Shown: piece by piece, positions 46,955 through 56,581 of the stretch
How the letters are laid out: each line of letters opens with the position of its first letter
Numbering within the stretch: position 1 is the stretch's first letter
DNA from: Candidatus Nomurabacteria bacterium
GTDB taxonomy: Bacteria; Patescibacteriota; Minisyncoccia; Phycocordibacterales; UBA918
DNA: 64,000 bases
Direction: 5' to 3'
Assembly (NCBI GenBank): GCA_020632075.1
Contig: JACKGH010000001.1
Coordinates: 42,133 to 106,132, forward strand
The notes under the pieces: model-generated
The model's input: the letters and a program-made list of their open reading frames with translations, nothing else
What the model was told of the DNA's origin: nothing
The model's database searches: none
Translations under genes and position numbers: made by a program

Positions 46955-47398
46955 ATGTTGCGAGCATTCACTCAGCTAGTGTCTCGTTTGCCGTTTGCTG
47001 GCAGGGCGGCTATCCGTCCTGCATATCGTAGTTTCATCAGAGCCAAGAAAGGCAAAAAGCACGGTGCGATGGCTTGGTTGTCATCGGTTCTCGGGTTTAT
47101 GATCTGGGGCCATGGATATCAGGCGATCCGCGGTGCAGCCGCCATGCGGTTGGCCTTCCTGATGAAGGCAAAGTGGTTCTCACACGTCGTTGTGATGGGG
47201 TACACGGCAGCCAATGTTGCCGTGACGATCGCGCAGGTCTACCTGCTGGCGCTATCTCTCTACTACTACTTCGCTGATAAACGCACCAGACTGCTCGGCG
47301 GACATGAGGAATTCTCCGGTGGAGAAATACTGCTCATGCTCGTGGTTACTCTGGGGGGTCAACTGCTTTTCATGCATATCGAAAAGGGTCTGGCGTAA
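46955..47398 (+). CDS. Hypothetical membrane protein.
   Basis: Several hydrophobic helices; a terminator hairpin lies near 47421-47445. Confidence 0.4.
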   Translation: MLRAFTQLVSRLPFAGRAAIRPAYRSFIRAKKGKKHGAMAWLSSVLGFMIWGHGYQAIRGAAAMRLAFLMKAKWFSHVVVMGYTAANVAVTIAQVYLLALSLYYYFADKRTRLLGGHEEFSGGEILLMLVVTLGGQLLFMHIEKGLA

Positions 47399-47479
47399 GT
47401 TCAAACGCTCCGCACCGAAAAAGCCTCGGTGACGGGGCTTTTTCAATGTTTAGGTACGCTATACTAAACCTATATGGAA

Positions 47480-47676
47480 AACACAGAAAAACATTACATT
47501 TGTCTTGGGGGGTGCCGAGGGGTATCAGCTCATCCGGGAGTGTGCCAAGCGCCAGATTGTGCAAATCACCAGCATGAGCTCGTAGAGTGTACGTGCACCG
47601 ATGGACTGCATAATGATTTCAAGCCAGTGGAGGAGTAAGGTAAGTTCATGAAAGACGGCAACTGATGACCGTCTTT
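47480..47676 (+). ncRNA. Candidate small RNA or structured leader of about 200 nt ending in an intrinsic terminator, with no credible ORF.
   Basis: Begins ggggggtgccgagggg and ends aagacgg-caactgatga-ccgtcttttttg. Only tiny or antisense ORFs fall in this span. Confidence 0.25.
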
Positions 47677-47704
47677 TTTGTGTCTGTTATACTTTCATTT
47701 AATG

Positions 47705-47989
47705 AACAAGATAAGTGAACAGGCACAGCGGGTGGAGGTTGAGATCAAAAAGCTCGAAGCTATGGGTGGATCGCTTACTGGCAAGTCGAAGCGTCTCCGT
47801 GACTCAGTATTTGCGCGGTTCCCAGTGTTGTTCGTGCTGCTGTCTACGTTTGGTCTGGTAGCGACCTTGTATGGCTTTGAGAAAGCGATCGATCAGGTCG
47901 ATTATTTTGCTGAGCATCCGATCATGGTTTTGATTATTGGTTTAGGGACGCTTACGCTCACTGGAAGTTTGTATAAGAAGCTGCGATAA
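47705..47989 (+). CDS. Small hypothetical membrane protein.
   Basis: MNKISEQAQRVEVEIKKLEAMGG... followed by two TM helices. Confidence 0.4.
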   Translation, partial: NKISEQAQRVEVEIKKLEAMGGSLTGKSKRLRDSVFARFPVLFVLLSTFGLVATLYGFEKAIDQVDYFAEHPIMVLIIGLGTLTLTGSLYKKLR

Positions 47990-47995
47990 ATTTCT

Positions 47996-48244
47996 ATGAC
48001 ACAACGATTATCAAGTGGCGTCGTCCACAAAGTCCCGGCTGACATGCGAGAAGCGTTGCTATCCTCGGAGAAGATCGCTGCAGCCTGGAATGACCTCACG
48101 CCACTGGCGCGCAATGAGTGGATCTGCTGGACAACTTCAGTGAAAAAGGCTGAGACAAGAGCTGATCATATCAGGCGAGTGAAAGAAGATATGTTGAAAG
48201 GGAAGCGACGGCCCTGCTGCTGGCCTGGGTGCCCACACCGGTAG
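47996..48244 (+). CDS. YdeI/OmpD-associated family-like small protein.
   Basis: WNDLTPLARNEWICWTTSVKKAETRADHIRRV...RPCCWPGCPHR, with a C-terminal CCWPGC motif. Confidence 0.4.
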   Translation: MTQRLSSGVVHKVPADMREALLSSEKIAAAWNDLTPLARNEWICWTTSVKKAETRADHIRRVKEDMLKGKRRPCCWPGCPHR

Positions 48245-48315
48245 CTATTATTGACAATCTGTTTAAATAATCGTACTCTCACTTTTAGGTAACTAACAAA
48301 TCAAGGAGGTGCGCC

Positions 48316-48513
48316 ATGTCTCACCGTGAGCGAGAAACAGTGATAGATTTTATCCGTTCGCTGTACGGGGATTCAGAACATGCGGAGAGGATTATTGCCT
48401 CATTGGCAAGTTTGAACGATGAAGAGGTAAGTGAATTCTATGAAGATCTCGTTGCACTAGCAGATCGCTTGAAGGATGTTCCAGGCATGTTGGAACACTT
48501 AACAAAAAAATGA
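48316..48513 (+). CDS. Small acidic hypothetical protein.
   Basis: AAGGAGG RBS; a terminator follows at 48530-48556. Confidence 0.45.
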   Translation: MSHRERETVIDFIRSLYGDSEHAERIIASLASLNDEEVSEFYEDLVALADRLKDVPGMLEHLTKK

Positions 48514-48579
48514 ACTTACTTGACCAAACCTGCCTCTTCGGAGGCGTTTTTTGTTCGCGTGTTGTATACTTAGATTCTA

Positions 48580-49485
48580 ATGGAACATATTTTTGAAGCG
48601 CAGCAGTTTAGTACTGCAGACATCGCACAGCTATTTGAGACAGCAACTCGGCTGGAGCATGAACCATCAGACGCTCTTAAAGGGAAAATATTAGCAACTT
48701 TATTTTATGAACCGAGTACCCGAACTCGGCTTTCTTTTGAGTCAGCCATGCTCAAGCTCGGAGGTGGTGTGATCAGTACTGAGAATGCTAAAGAATTTTC
48801 TTCTGCCACCAAGGGTGAGACGCTTGAAGACACGATCCGTGTAGTGAGTTCATATGCGGACGTGATCGCACTTCGTCATTTTGAAGCGGGTGCTGCCAAG
48901 CAGGCAGCGGCAGTCTCAATGGCATCGGTCATCAATGCTGGTGATGGAGCGGGCCAGCATCCAACGCAGGCGTTGCTTGATCTCTACACGATCCAACGTG
49001 AGCGCGGCAAGATTGATGATATTCGTGTCGTGATGATGGGTGACCTGAAGAATGGGCGCACGGTGCGTTCACTGTCATACTTGCTGGGTAAGTATGAGGA
49101 TGTACACATTGATTTTGTGTCGCCACCGGCGCTTAAGATTGGTGATGATATCAAGGAGTATCTTGATAAGCATGGGGTGTCGTACGAGGAGCATGATGAC
49201 TTTGTGGCAGTGATAGATGATGCTGATGTGGTGTATCAGACGCGGATCCAGAGCGAGCGCTTTAGTGATACGGCAGAGTATCAAAAATACAAAGGCGTGT
49301 ATGTACTGACGGTGGAGAATACGAGTGGTATGAAAGAGGGTGCGGTGATCATGCATCCACTGCCACGAGTTGACGAGATCGATGCTGCGCTTGATGAATA
49401 TCCTCGTGCTGCGTATTTTCGTCAGGCAGGGTATGGGTTGTTGGTGCGGATGGCGTTGTTACTGCTGGTGTGTGGGAAAGTGTGA
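48580..49485 (+). CDS. pyrB: Aspartate carbamoyltransferase catalytic subunit.
   Basis: FYEPSTRTRLSFESAM and HPTQALLDLYTI. Confidence 0.75.
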   Translation: MEHIFEAQQFSTADIAQLFETATRLEHEPSDALKGKILATLFYEPSTRTRLSFESAMLKLGGGVISTENAKEFSSATKGETLEDTIRVVSSYADVIALRHFEAGAAKQAAAVSMASVINAGDGAGQHPTQALLDLYTIQRERGKIDDIRVVMMGDLKNGRTVRSLSYLLGKYEDVHIDFVSPPALKIGDDIKEYLDKHGVSYEEHDDFVAVIDDADVVYQTRIQSERFSDTAEYQKYKGVYVLTVENTSGMKEGAVIMHPLPRVDEIDAALDEYPRAAYFRQAGYGLLVRMALLLLVCGKV

Positions 49486-49539
49486 GAAGTATTGTTAAAG
49501 GTATTAAAAAGCCACGCCGATCTCGGCGTGGCATTTTGT

Positions 49540-50064
49540 TTAGCGCGGGTTACGTATCCACTCGCGAATGTTCTGTAGTAGTGCAGCTGACCGTTTCTCC
49601 TCTGGGCTGAATTGGCCCCAGTTCTCCTCGGTGAAATCGTCTACCAGATAGAACAGGGTAGTGCCAGACTCCAGGTGGTGTACGTAGTCTTTGCTGTCTT
49701 CTATCAGTTTCAACTCATCACCGTAGTAGTTTTCGACTACCAGTGACCCGTCGGGAAAGCAGTAGTAGGCAACTAGATTTCTGGTGCCATGAGTGTCTTC
49801 GAATGGTCTTTTGCGCATGTCGATCGCTACCTCAGCGTACGGCTCATCCTTCGATAGCCATATTAATATCGCGCGCTTGTACCTTGTTCGTTGTGATTCC
49901 TTGTGGCGCCAGATCGAACGATCTGGTTCATTCTCAAAGTTTTCCCAATGAGGTTCTGAACTTTCAGAGATCGCATTAGGGATAAAGCTGCCACAGCCTG
50001 CAAGAAAAATGACTGATAATGACACAAGCAATAGTTGAATGATCTGCTTCACTGGTTGCTCCAA
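49540..50064 (-). CDS. Lipoprotein, hypothetical.
   Basis: Signal peptide with a lipobox, LSVIFLAGCGS. Confidence 0.5.
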   Translation of the reverse strand: MEQPVKQIIQLLLVSLSVIFLAGCGSFIPNAISESSEPHWENFENEPDRSIWRHKESQRTRYKRAILIWLSKDEPYAEVAIDMRKRPFEDTHGTRNLVAYYCFPDGSLVVENYYGDELKLIEDSKDYVHHLESGTTLFYLVDDFTEENWGQFSPEEKRSAALLQNIREWIRNPR

Positions 50065-50165
50065 AGGACAAGAAATTTATCCAAAATATGACATAGATAT
50101 CAAACTTTGTAAAACATCACTCGACTTCTGCTATACTATTGATATAGCAGCTAAGCCACTGTGTA

Positions 50166-51106
50166 TGTCATATGCATATTCGGAAGAGCAGTTTGGCTCA
50201 TATACCAAACTCCTGGTCCTTCATGAGGAAAGCGGCAATGAGATCGGGATTGTTCCCGAGATGGGTGCTCGACTCAATCGGTTCCTGGTGAATTTACATG
50301 GAGAAACCGTACCGGCGGTCGATGGCTACAAGACTCCACTCGAACTCGGGAAGCAAGCATCTGCCAAGAGTTCACTGTTAGCACCCTTTCCGAATCGTGT
50401 CGCTGACGGGAAATTCACGTATCGTAACGAATCATATCAGCTTGAGATAAATAAGAAGAAAGAACACAATGCGATTCATGGTTTCATTTCCGATCAGGTG
50501 TTCACGGTAGTGTCTGCAGACGTGGTTGAAGATTTTTACGAGATCGTGCTTGAACATGTCTCAGAAGGTGCGAAAGGGTATCCGTTCGCATTTAAGACGA
50601 CGGTGACGTATCGCTTCGGTGGCGTGTGGCTGTCTGTCGACACTGCTGTGACCAATTTGGAGAAGACGAGTATACCGATCGGCTTTGGCTGGCACCCATA
50701 CTTCCAGCTGACGGTGCCGATCGATGAGGTACAGCTGACCTTGCCACCTGTCGAACGGATCGATGTTGATGCGCGACTGATCCCGACTGGAGTGACTGAA
50801 GTGTACGAAAAATTTCAACAACCAACATATATCGGAGAGACAGAGTTTGATACTGGTTTTCACTTTTTAAGCGACCAGCGTGAGATACAGTTATATGACG
50901 ATTCGCATGGTATGTATCTCACGATCTGGATGGAAGGTGAAGGGAATAACTATGAGTATGTGCAGTTGTATACACCACCTGGGAGAAAGTCGATCGCGAT
51001 CGAACCAATGACCTGTGCAGCTGATGCTTTCAATAATGGTATGGGTCTTAAGAAACTTGCGGCACACGACACGTTCAAGGCACAATTTACGATCATGGTG
51101 TCGTAG
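50166..51106 (+). CDS. Aldose 1-epimerase (galactose mutarotase-like) family protein.
   Basis: GFGWHPYFQL motif and FPNRVADGKF; the start is taken at MSYAYS. Confidence 0.55.
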
Positions 51107-51157
51107 CTCTGCTGACATTTTGGGGTGATATGCTATGGTATACAACGTATATTTGAT

Positions 51158-52843
51158 ATGGAGCTAGATCCGAAACAGATGCTGCACGACGTGCTGGTGG
51201 GAGCGGTCGTTAAGAATGATTGGCCGGAAGAGGTCGATTTTGTGGTGGATTACCCGACCGATAAAAACGCGCAGGCGGACCTTTTTTCCAATGTGGCGAT
51301 GGTGTTGAGTAAGCGGGTGGGTAGCGCGCCGCGAGCTGTTGCGGAGCAACTGCTCGCGGCGCTGCCTGCCCTCCCGCAAGTCACTGCAGTCGAAGTGGCT
51401 GGGTCAGGCTTCATAAACTTCACCCTTGATCGGTCGTACTTTACAAGCGTACTTGCAGGTGCGCTTGAAGCAGGCGAAAACTGGGGTAAGAATGCTTCTT
51501 GGCAGGGGAAGAAGGTGTTGGTGGAATACACCGACCCAAATCCGTTTAAAGAATTCCATGTTGGACATTTGTTTACCAATGCGGTTGGTGAAAGTATTGC
51601 ACGACTGTTCATGATGAATGGAGCAGACACCAAGCGAGTCAACTACCAGGGTGACGTGGGCTTGCATGTTGCGCACGCTATTTGGGGGCTTCGAAAACTG
51701 GGGGTGACTAATGTAGCTGAACTTACTCCAAAAATCTTAGGCAAGGCATACGCCACTGGTGCGACTGCGTACAAGGAAGACCAAGTTGCCGCCGATGAAA
51801 TTCGTGAGATCAACAAGCTGGTTTACAGTCGTGCCGATGCTGCGGTGAATGAAATCTATGATGCAGGAAGAAAAGTATCGCTTGGGTACTTTGAAACGAT
51901 CTATGCGCTCGTGGGCACGCAGTTTGATGAGTACTTTTTCGAAAGCGAGGCTGGGCCGAAGGGGAAGGAACTGGTGCTCGCGCATCCAGAAGTATTCCCA
52001 GAGAGTGATGGCGCGCGGATCTTTGATGGTGAGCAGTATGGCCTGCACACTCGTGTGTTTTTGAACAAGGAAGGTCTGCCGACCTACGAGGCAAAAGAGC
52101 TTGCACTCGCGAAGCTGAAGAAGGAGCGACTTGGAGAATATGATCACTCAGTGATTTCAACTGCTAATGAAGTGAGTCAATACTTTAAGGTGTTGCTCAA
52201 GGCGATGAGTTTGCTCTATCCAGAGTTGGCAGCGAAGACCGAGCACATCGGGCATGGTACGGTGCGCCTTAGTACCGGCAAGATGTCGTCTCGAACGGGC
52301 GATGTGATCCCGGCGATCGACTTCGTGGCTGAAGTAGCAGAGAAAGCGGCTGAGAAAATGGCTGCACCAAGTCATCAGCTTGCGAATGAGGTAGCGATCG
52401 CTGCGATCAAGTACGCCACACTGAAGGGAAATATTTTGCAGGACTCTGTTTTTGATAAGGAGAAAGCGCTTTCGTTTGAGGGAGATTCTGGGCCGTATTT
52501 GCAGTATACGCATGCGCGGATTTGTTCAGTGCTCGAGAAGGCGGCGGAAGCCGGCGTCCAGGTGGACGCGTCGCTTCCGCCGCCAGAGGCTTACGCAGTC
52601 GAAAAGCTGCTAGAGCGGTTCCCGAGTGTCGTTGAAGCGGCGCTCGCGGAGCGAGCGCCGCACCAGGTCACTGGCTATCTCACAGAACTCGCTGGTGCCT
52701 TCAACTCATTCTATGCTGCAGAAAAGATTGCCGATGCTGCAGATCAGTACGCGCCGTATAAGGCTGCAGTTGCAAAGGCTGTGGCGCTTACCCTGCAACA
52801 AGGCTTGTGGACGCTTGGTATCTCTGCGCCAGAGCGCATGTAA
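51158..52843 (+). CDS. argS: Arginyl-tRNA synthetase.
   Basis: HIGH-like FHVGHLFTNAVGESIARL, the arginyl-tRNA synthetase architecture, and a C-terminal DALK-type anticodon-binding domain. Confidence 0.85.
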   Translation: MELDPKQMLHDVLVGAVVKNDWPEEVDFVVDYPTDKNAQADLFSNVAMVLSKRVGSAPRAVAEQLLAALPALPQVTAVEVAGSGFINFTLDRSYFTSVLAGALEAGENWGKNASWQGKKVLVEYTDPNPFKEFHVGHLFTNAVGESIARLFMMNGADTKRVNYQGDVGLHVAHAIWGLRKLGVTNVAELTPKILGKAYATGATAYKEDQVAADEIREINKLVYSRADAAVNEIYDAGRKVSLGYFETIYALVGTQFDEYFFESEAGPKGKELVLAHPEVFPESDGARIFDGEQYGLHTRVFLNKEGLPTYEAKELALAKLKKERLGEYDHSVISTANEVSQYFKVLLKAMSLLYPELAAKTEHIGHGTVRLSTGKMSSRTGDVIPAIDFVAEVAEKAAEKMAAPSHQLANEVAIAAIKYATLKGNILQDSVFDKEKALSFEGDSGPYLQYTHARICSVLEKAAEAGVQVDASLPPPEAYAVEKLLERFPSVVEAALAERAPHQVTGYLTELAGAFNSFYAAEKIADAADQYAPYKAAVAKAVALTLQQGLWTLGISAPERM

Positions 52844-52846
52844 TCT

Positions 52847-53848
52847 ATGAAGACTGGTCGAGTTACCGAAGTGCATCGTACTAACCTCACGGTCAGAGTC
52901 GACGATCGTGAGCTGCTCGCCACGGTGCGGGGTGATTTTCATGTGACAGGTGCGTTTCCGGTGGTGGGTGATTATGTGTCACTTAAAGTGCTTGCTGATG
53001 ATAAAGCAGTGATTGAGGAAGTGTTAGAACGAAAGAGTGTGATCAAGCGAAAGGCGGCTGATGCAGAAGAAGAGCAGACAATCGTCGCGAATGTTGATGT
53101 TATCTTTATCGTCATGGGGCTCGATGGTGACTACAGCATCAGCCGCCTTGAACGCTACCTACTCCTTGCGCAGCAGAGCGCTGTGCCGGCAGTAGTTGTT
53201 TTGAATAAGTCAGATGTGGTTGATGATACAACGTCGTACCAAACAGAAGTCGAAGCGGTGGCTGGTGATACTCCAGTGTGTGTGATTTCAGCACTTTCTG
53301 GTAAGGGGATGGATACGGTATTGGCGCATATTGCTTCAGAGACTACTGCGGTGCTCCTTGGTTCATCAGGTGCGGGGAAATCGACCATGACCAACTGGCT
53401 CCTACAGGAAGAAGTGCAGGAGGTGAATGAAACGCGTGCCGATGATAGTCATGGTCGTCATACCACCACTTCACGACAATTATTTGCATTGCCACACGGT
53501 GGGTATTTGATCGACACGCCAGGTATGCGCGAGCTTGGTGTGCTTGAGTCAGATGCTGATGATGAACTATTGGTTTTTGCGCATATCGAAGAGCTGGCGC
53601 AACAGTGTAAGTATCGTGACTGTGATCATGAGAAGAGTGATGGATGTGCGGTTCTCGCTGCGATCGCGGCCGGCGAGCTGGAGGAGCGGGAGCTGCAGAA
53701 TTACCTCAAGCTGCAGCGCGAGCGCGAATTCAACGACAGCAAGGGCTCGCCGGCCGCGGCTCGACACCGACGTCAAAATGAAAAAAGACTTAGTCAAAAG
53801 ATCGAAGCGATGAAACGCGACCAGTTGAAACGTCGTGCTGGGAGATAG
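52847..53848 (+). CDS. rsgA: Ribosome small-subunit-dependent GTPase A.
   Basis: Circularly permuted GTPase: NKSDVV, LGSSGAGKSTMTNWL, DTPGMRE; and a zinc finger CKYRDCDHEKSDGC. Confidence 0.85.
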   Translation: MKTGRVTEVHRTNLTVRVDDRELLATVRGDFHVTGAFPVVGDYVSLKVLADDKAVIEEVLERKSVIKRKAADAEEEQTIVANVDVIFIVMGLDGDYSISRLERYLLLAQQSAVPAVVVLNKSDVVDDTTSYQTEVEAVAGDTPVCVISALSGKGMDTVLAHIASETTAVLLGSSGAGKSTMTNWLLQEEVQEVNETRADDSHGRHTTTSRQLFALPHGGYLIDTPGMRELGVLESDADDELLVFAHIEELAQQCKYRDCDHEKSDGCAVLAAIAAGELEERELQNYLKLQREREFNDSKGSPAAARHRRQNEKRLSQKIEAMKRDQLKRRAGR

Positions 53849-53853
53849 TCAGC

Positions 53854-54966
53854 TTACTTAGTCACAGTGACAACTCCTTCATTTTGCATATACGCGGTCG
53901 CTTCGTCATTGTCGATGATGGAGCGGTCTTTTTGTGTTAAGCCGAAGAAGATCGGATAGCTCGACCAGTGCACCGCAAATGAAACAGCCGGGAAGTGCTG
54001 CTGAATATCAGTTGCAATAGTTTGGTTGTTGAAGCCGGAAATAGAAAGTGACCCAATCTCAGCCAGTCCGATCGGTTTTTGCTTTGAGATGAGCTCGTCT
54101 AGATCGCCCGTTTGATTTAGTTCGCTCAGGTCGTCTCGGTAGTAGTCGACAGCAAGGATATCTACCAGATCATCGCCCGGATACAATTCAAGCACTGGTC
54201 TATACTGCGACCCATACGTGCTATTGGGACTATAGACCCAAATTAGGTTGTTCAGGCCACGTTCATTTGTGAAGTATTCAAAGATGCCTTGCCAGAGTTT
54301 TTGAAACGTCTCGGAGCTTATTGGTTGACCATTCTCCCATGACCACCAAAACCAGTCACCGTTCATCTCATGTAGTGGTCTGATGAGCACAACAACACCT
54401 GCTGCCTCCAGCTCTTCCAGTCCATCTGCTACTTTACGTAGGTCGTCTCTCCAACGTGTGTAAGGTTCTGTGTCGGGAGTAAAAATGTCTGCAAAGTCAC
54501 TGGAGCTACTATCGTACAGTCCGTTGTTTGTGAAAGGATTGTTGGGCGTGAAGTTGATCGTTACAAGACCATCGCGATTCCAGTGGTCGACCGCGATCGT
54601 ATTGATATCGTGTAAATCCTCCTTCACGCTACCAAATCCGTATCCAAGGTCAAAGATCTTCGGGTACAAGCCTGTTTCATTGTGCAGCTTTGTGATGTTA
54701 TGCTCGAATTTTGTTGTCAGGTCGTCTGTGGCATGACCAACATGTTGTCCAGACATAAATGTAGGTTTGAAGGAAAGATCTGCAAGTGTATCAAGGATCG
54801 TGGCAGAAGCCGACATATCTGACGAAACGGGTGTGGTGTCCATTTCCTCACGAGTGAAAGGGTTCTGCGCGTCAGCTACGACTACAACTTGAGTTGGCTC
54901 ACTAGTGGTATTGGCGACCACTGCAAAGCCAATGATGATCAGTATCAGAATCACGAGTTTCTTCAT
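53854..54966 (-). CDS. Secreted glycoside hydrolase, GH26-like.
   Basis: Signal peptide MKKLVILILIIIGFAVVA, LIRPLHEMNGDWFWW, and WSWENGQ. Confidence 0.5.
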   Translation of the reverse strand: MKKLVILILIIIGFAVVANTTSEPTQVVVVADAQNPFTREEMDTTPVSSDMSASATILDTLADLSFKPTFMSGQHVGHATDDLTTKFEHNITKLHNETGLYPKIFDLGYGFGSVKEDLHDINTIAVDHWNRDGLVTINFTPNNPFTNNGLYDSSSSDFADIFTPDTEPYTRWRDDLRKVADGLEELEAAGVVVLIRPLHEMNGDWFWWSWENGQPISSETFQKLWQGIFEYFTNERGLNNLIWVYSPNSTYGSQYRPVLELYPGDDLVDILAVDYYRDDLSELNQTGDLDELISKQKPIGLAEIGSLSISGFNNQTIATDIQQHFPAVSFAVHWSSYPIFFGLTQKDRSIIDNDEATAYMQNEGVVTVTK

Positions 54967-55032
54967 GTTCTCATTGTACACTGTGTGGCTACCTTGTACT
55001 CCCGTGCAGCTAGCGTATACTGCTCGATAATT

Positions 55033-56334
55033 ATGCGAAGAGATATTGTGCATCCGGGAGCTGGTTCGCTCACATATGAAATACGCGAGATTGTAGCGGT
55101 GGGCGAAAAGCTGCGCGATCTTGGCGTGCCGATCTATTGGGAAAATATTGGTGATCCGATCGCCAAAGGTCGAAAGATGCCGGAGTGGATCAAGGATATT
55201 GTGGCTGACTTAGTAGCCAATGATGATAGTTCGTGGGGCTATTCGCCGACCAAGGGTGTTCTCTCGACACGCGAATACATCGCGAAAGCACGCAATGCCG
55301 AGGGTGGAGTTGAGATCACAGCAAATGACATCCTCTTTTTCAATGGACTCGGTGATGCTATCCAGACCATCTTCATGTACCTCAACCAAAGCGCACGTGT
55401 ACTTGGTCCGAATCCGGCTTACTCCACACACAGCTCGGCTGAGGCAGCACATGCACGTAGTGAACACTTAACCTATGATCTCTTGCCAGAAAATGGCTGG
55501 CTACCAGATCTTGAAGATCTTTACCGAAAAGTGAAGTACAACCCGAGCATCTCAGGTATCTTGATCATCAATCCAGATAATCCAACGGGGACAGTCTATC
55601 CAGAAAAAGTTTTACGAGGGATCGTTGATATTGCGCGAGAGTTTGACTTGTTTATTATGAGCGATGAGATCTATGCGAGCATCACGTACGGCGAGACGCC
55701 AATGTGCCCACTCTCAAAGGTGCTTGGTGACGTGCCTGGGATGGCGCTTAAGGGACTTTCAAAGGAGATTCCGTGGCCGGGGAGTCGCTGTGGCTGGGTA
55801 GAGTTTTACAATCAGTCAAAGGACGAGAACTTTGCTACGTTTGCGAATTCGATCGTACATGCGAAGCAGCTCGAAGTGTGCTCGACCACCTTGCCACAGA
55901 AAGCCTTGCCGCTTATTTTTTCACATGAGAAGTATCCTGCCCATCTCAAGGAAGTGGCAACTGAGTATGCGAAGAAGGCTGAGGTGCTGGCAGAAATTTT
56001 AAATAAGATTGAGGGACTGTCAGTAGTAAAACCACAGGGAGCTTTCTATGCCTCACCGCTCTTTGCTGAAGGTGTGTTGCGGAATGATCAAACTCTACCG
56101 ATCGAGGATGATAAGGTTCGTGCGTATGTTGAAGGGTTGGTGAAGAGCGTTCCAAACGATAAGCGCTTCGTGTACTACCTGCTCGGGGCAACTGGTATCT
56201 GTGTTGTACCGCTTTCTGGCATGAACAGTCATCGCGAAGGGTTCCGAATGACCATGCTTGAGCCAGACGAGAAGAAATTTAAAGACATGGTTGAGCGACT
56301 AGCAGCAGCGACTGCGCAGTATCTGCAGAGTTAA
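55033..56334 (+). CDS. PLP-dependent aminotransferase class I/II (AlaA/AlaC-like).
   Basis: IVHPGAGSLTYEIREI, ENIGDP, IINPDNPTG, and a PLP-lysine region SKE. A terminator follows at 56336-56362. Confidence 0.75.
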   Translation: MRRDIVHPGAGSLTYEIREIVAVGEKLRDLGVPIYWENIGDPIAKGRKMPEWIKDIVADLVANDDSSWGYSPTKGVLSTREYIAKARNAEGGVEITANDILFFNGLGDAIQTIFMYLNQSARVLGPNPAYSTHSSAEAAHARSEHLTYDLLPENGWLPDLEDLYRKVKYNPSISGILIINPDNPTGTVYPEKVLRGIVDIAREFDLFIMSDEIYASITYGETPMCPLSKVLGDVPGMALKGLSKEIPWPGSRCGWVEFYNQSKDENFATFANSIVHAKQLEVCSTTLPQKALPLIFSHEKYPAHLKEVATEYAKKAEVLAEILNKIEGLSVVKPQGAFYASPLFAEGVLRNDQTLPIEDDKVRAYVEGLVKSVPNDKRFVYYLLGATGICVVPLSGMNSHREGFRMTMLEPDEKKFKDMVERLAAATAQYLQS

Positions 56335-56362
56335 CAACAGCCGGGCGCGAAGCGCCCGGCTG

Positions 56363-56581
56363 TTGGTATACTATTTTCATATGGAACCTCATTGGCAGAT
56401 CATCGTGTTTTCACTGCTTGTGGTCGACAGTGTCGGTGCGATCATTATGTCGTGGTGCGGTCGCCGCTGGTGGATACACAACCTAGGTGTGTTCGCTGAA
56501 TATTTTCCGCCTGCCAAAGGTTGGTCAGCGCTATACTTTTTGCTCGTGCTGGTGATAGGTCACTTACTTGGCCTGTACTAA
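56363..56581 (+). CDS. Small hypothetical membrane protein.
   Basis: Two TM helices; weak evidence. Confidence 0.3.
   Translation: MVYYFHMEPHWQIIVFSLLVVDSVGAIIMSWCGRRWWIHNLGVFAEYFPPAKGWSALYFLLVLVIGHLLGLY

Noticed and set aside
47480-47676. tmRNA or SRP RNA identity for the ORF-less region
   Set aside because: The 5' G-run resembles a tmRNA start, but the 3' end is a plain terminator with no T-arm or CCA-like acceptor. No SRP domain IV GGAAG..GCAGC motif is present. It is kept only as a generic candidate RNA.
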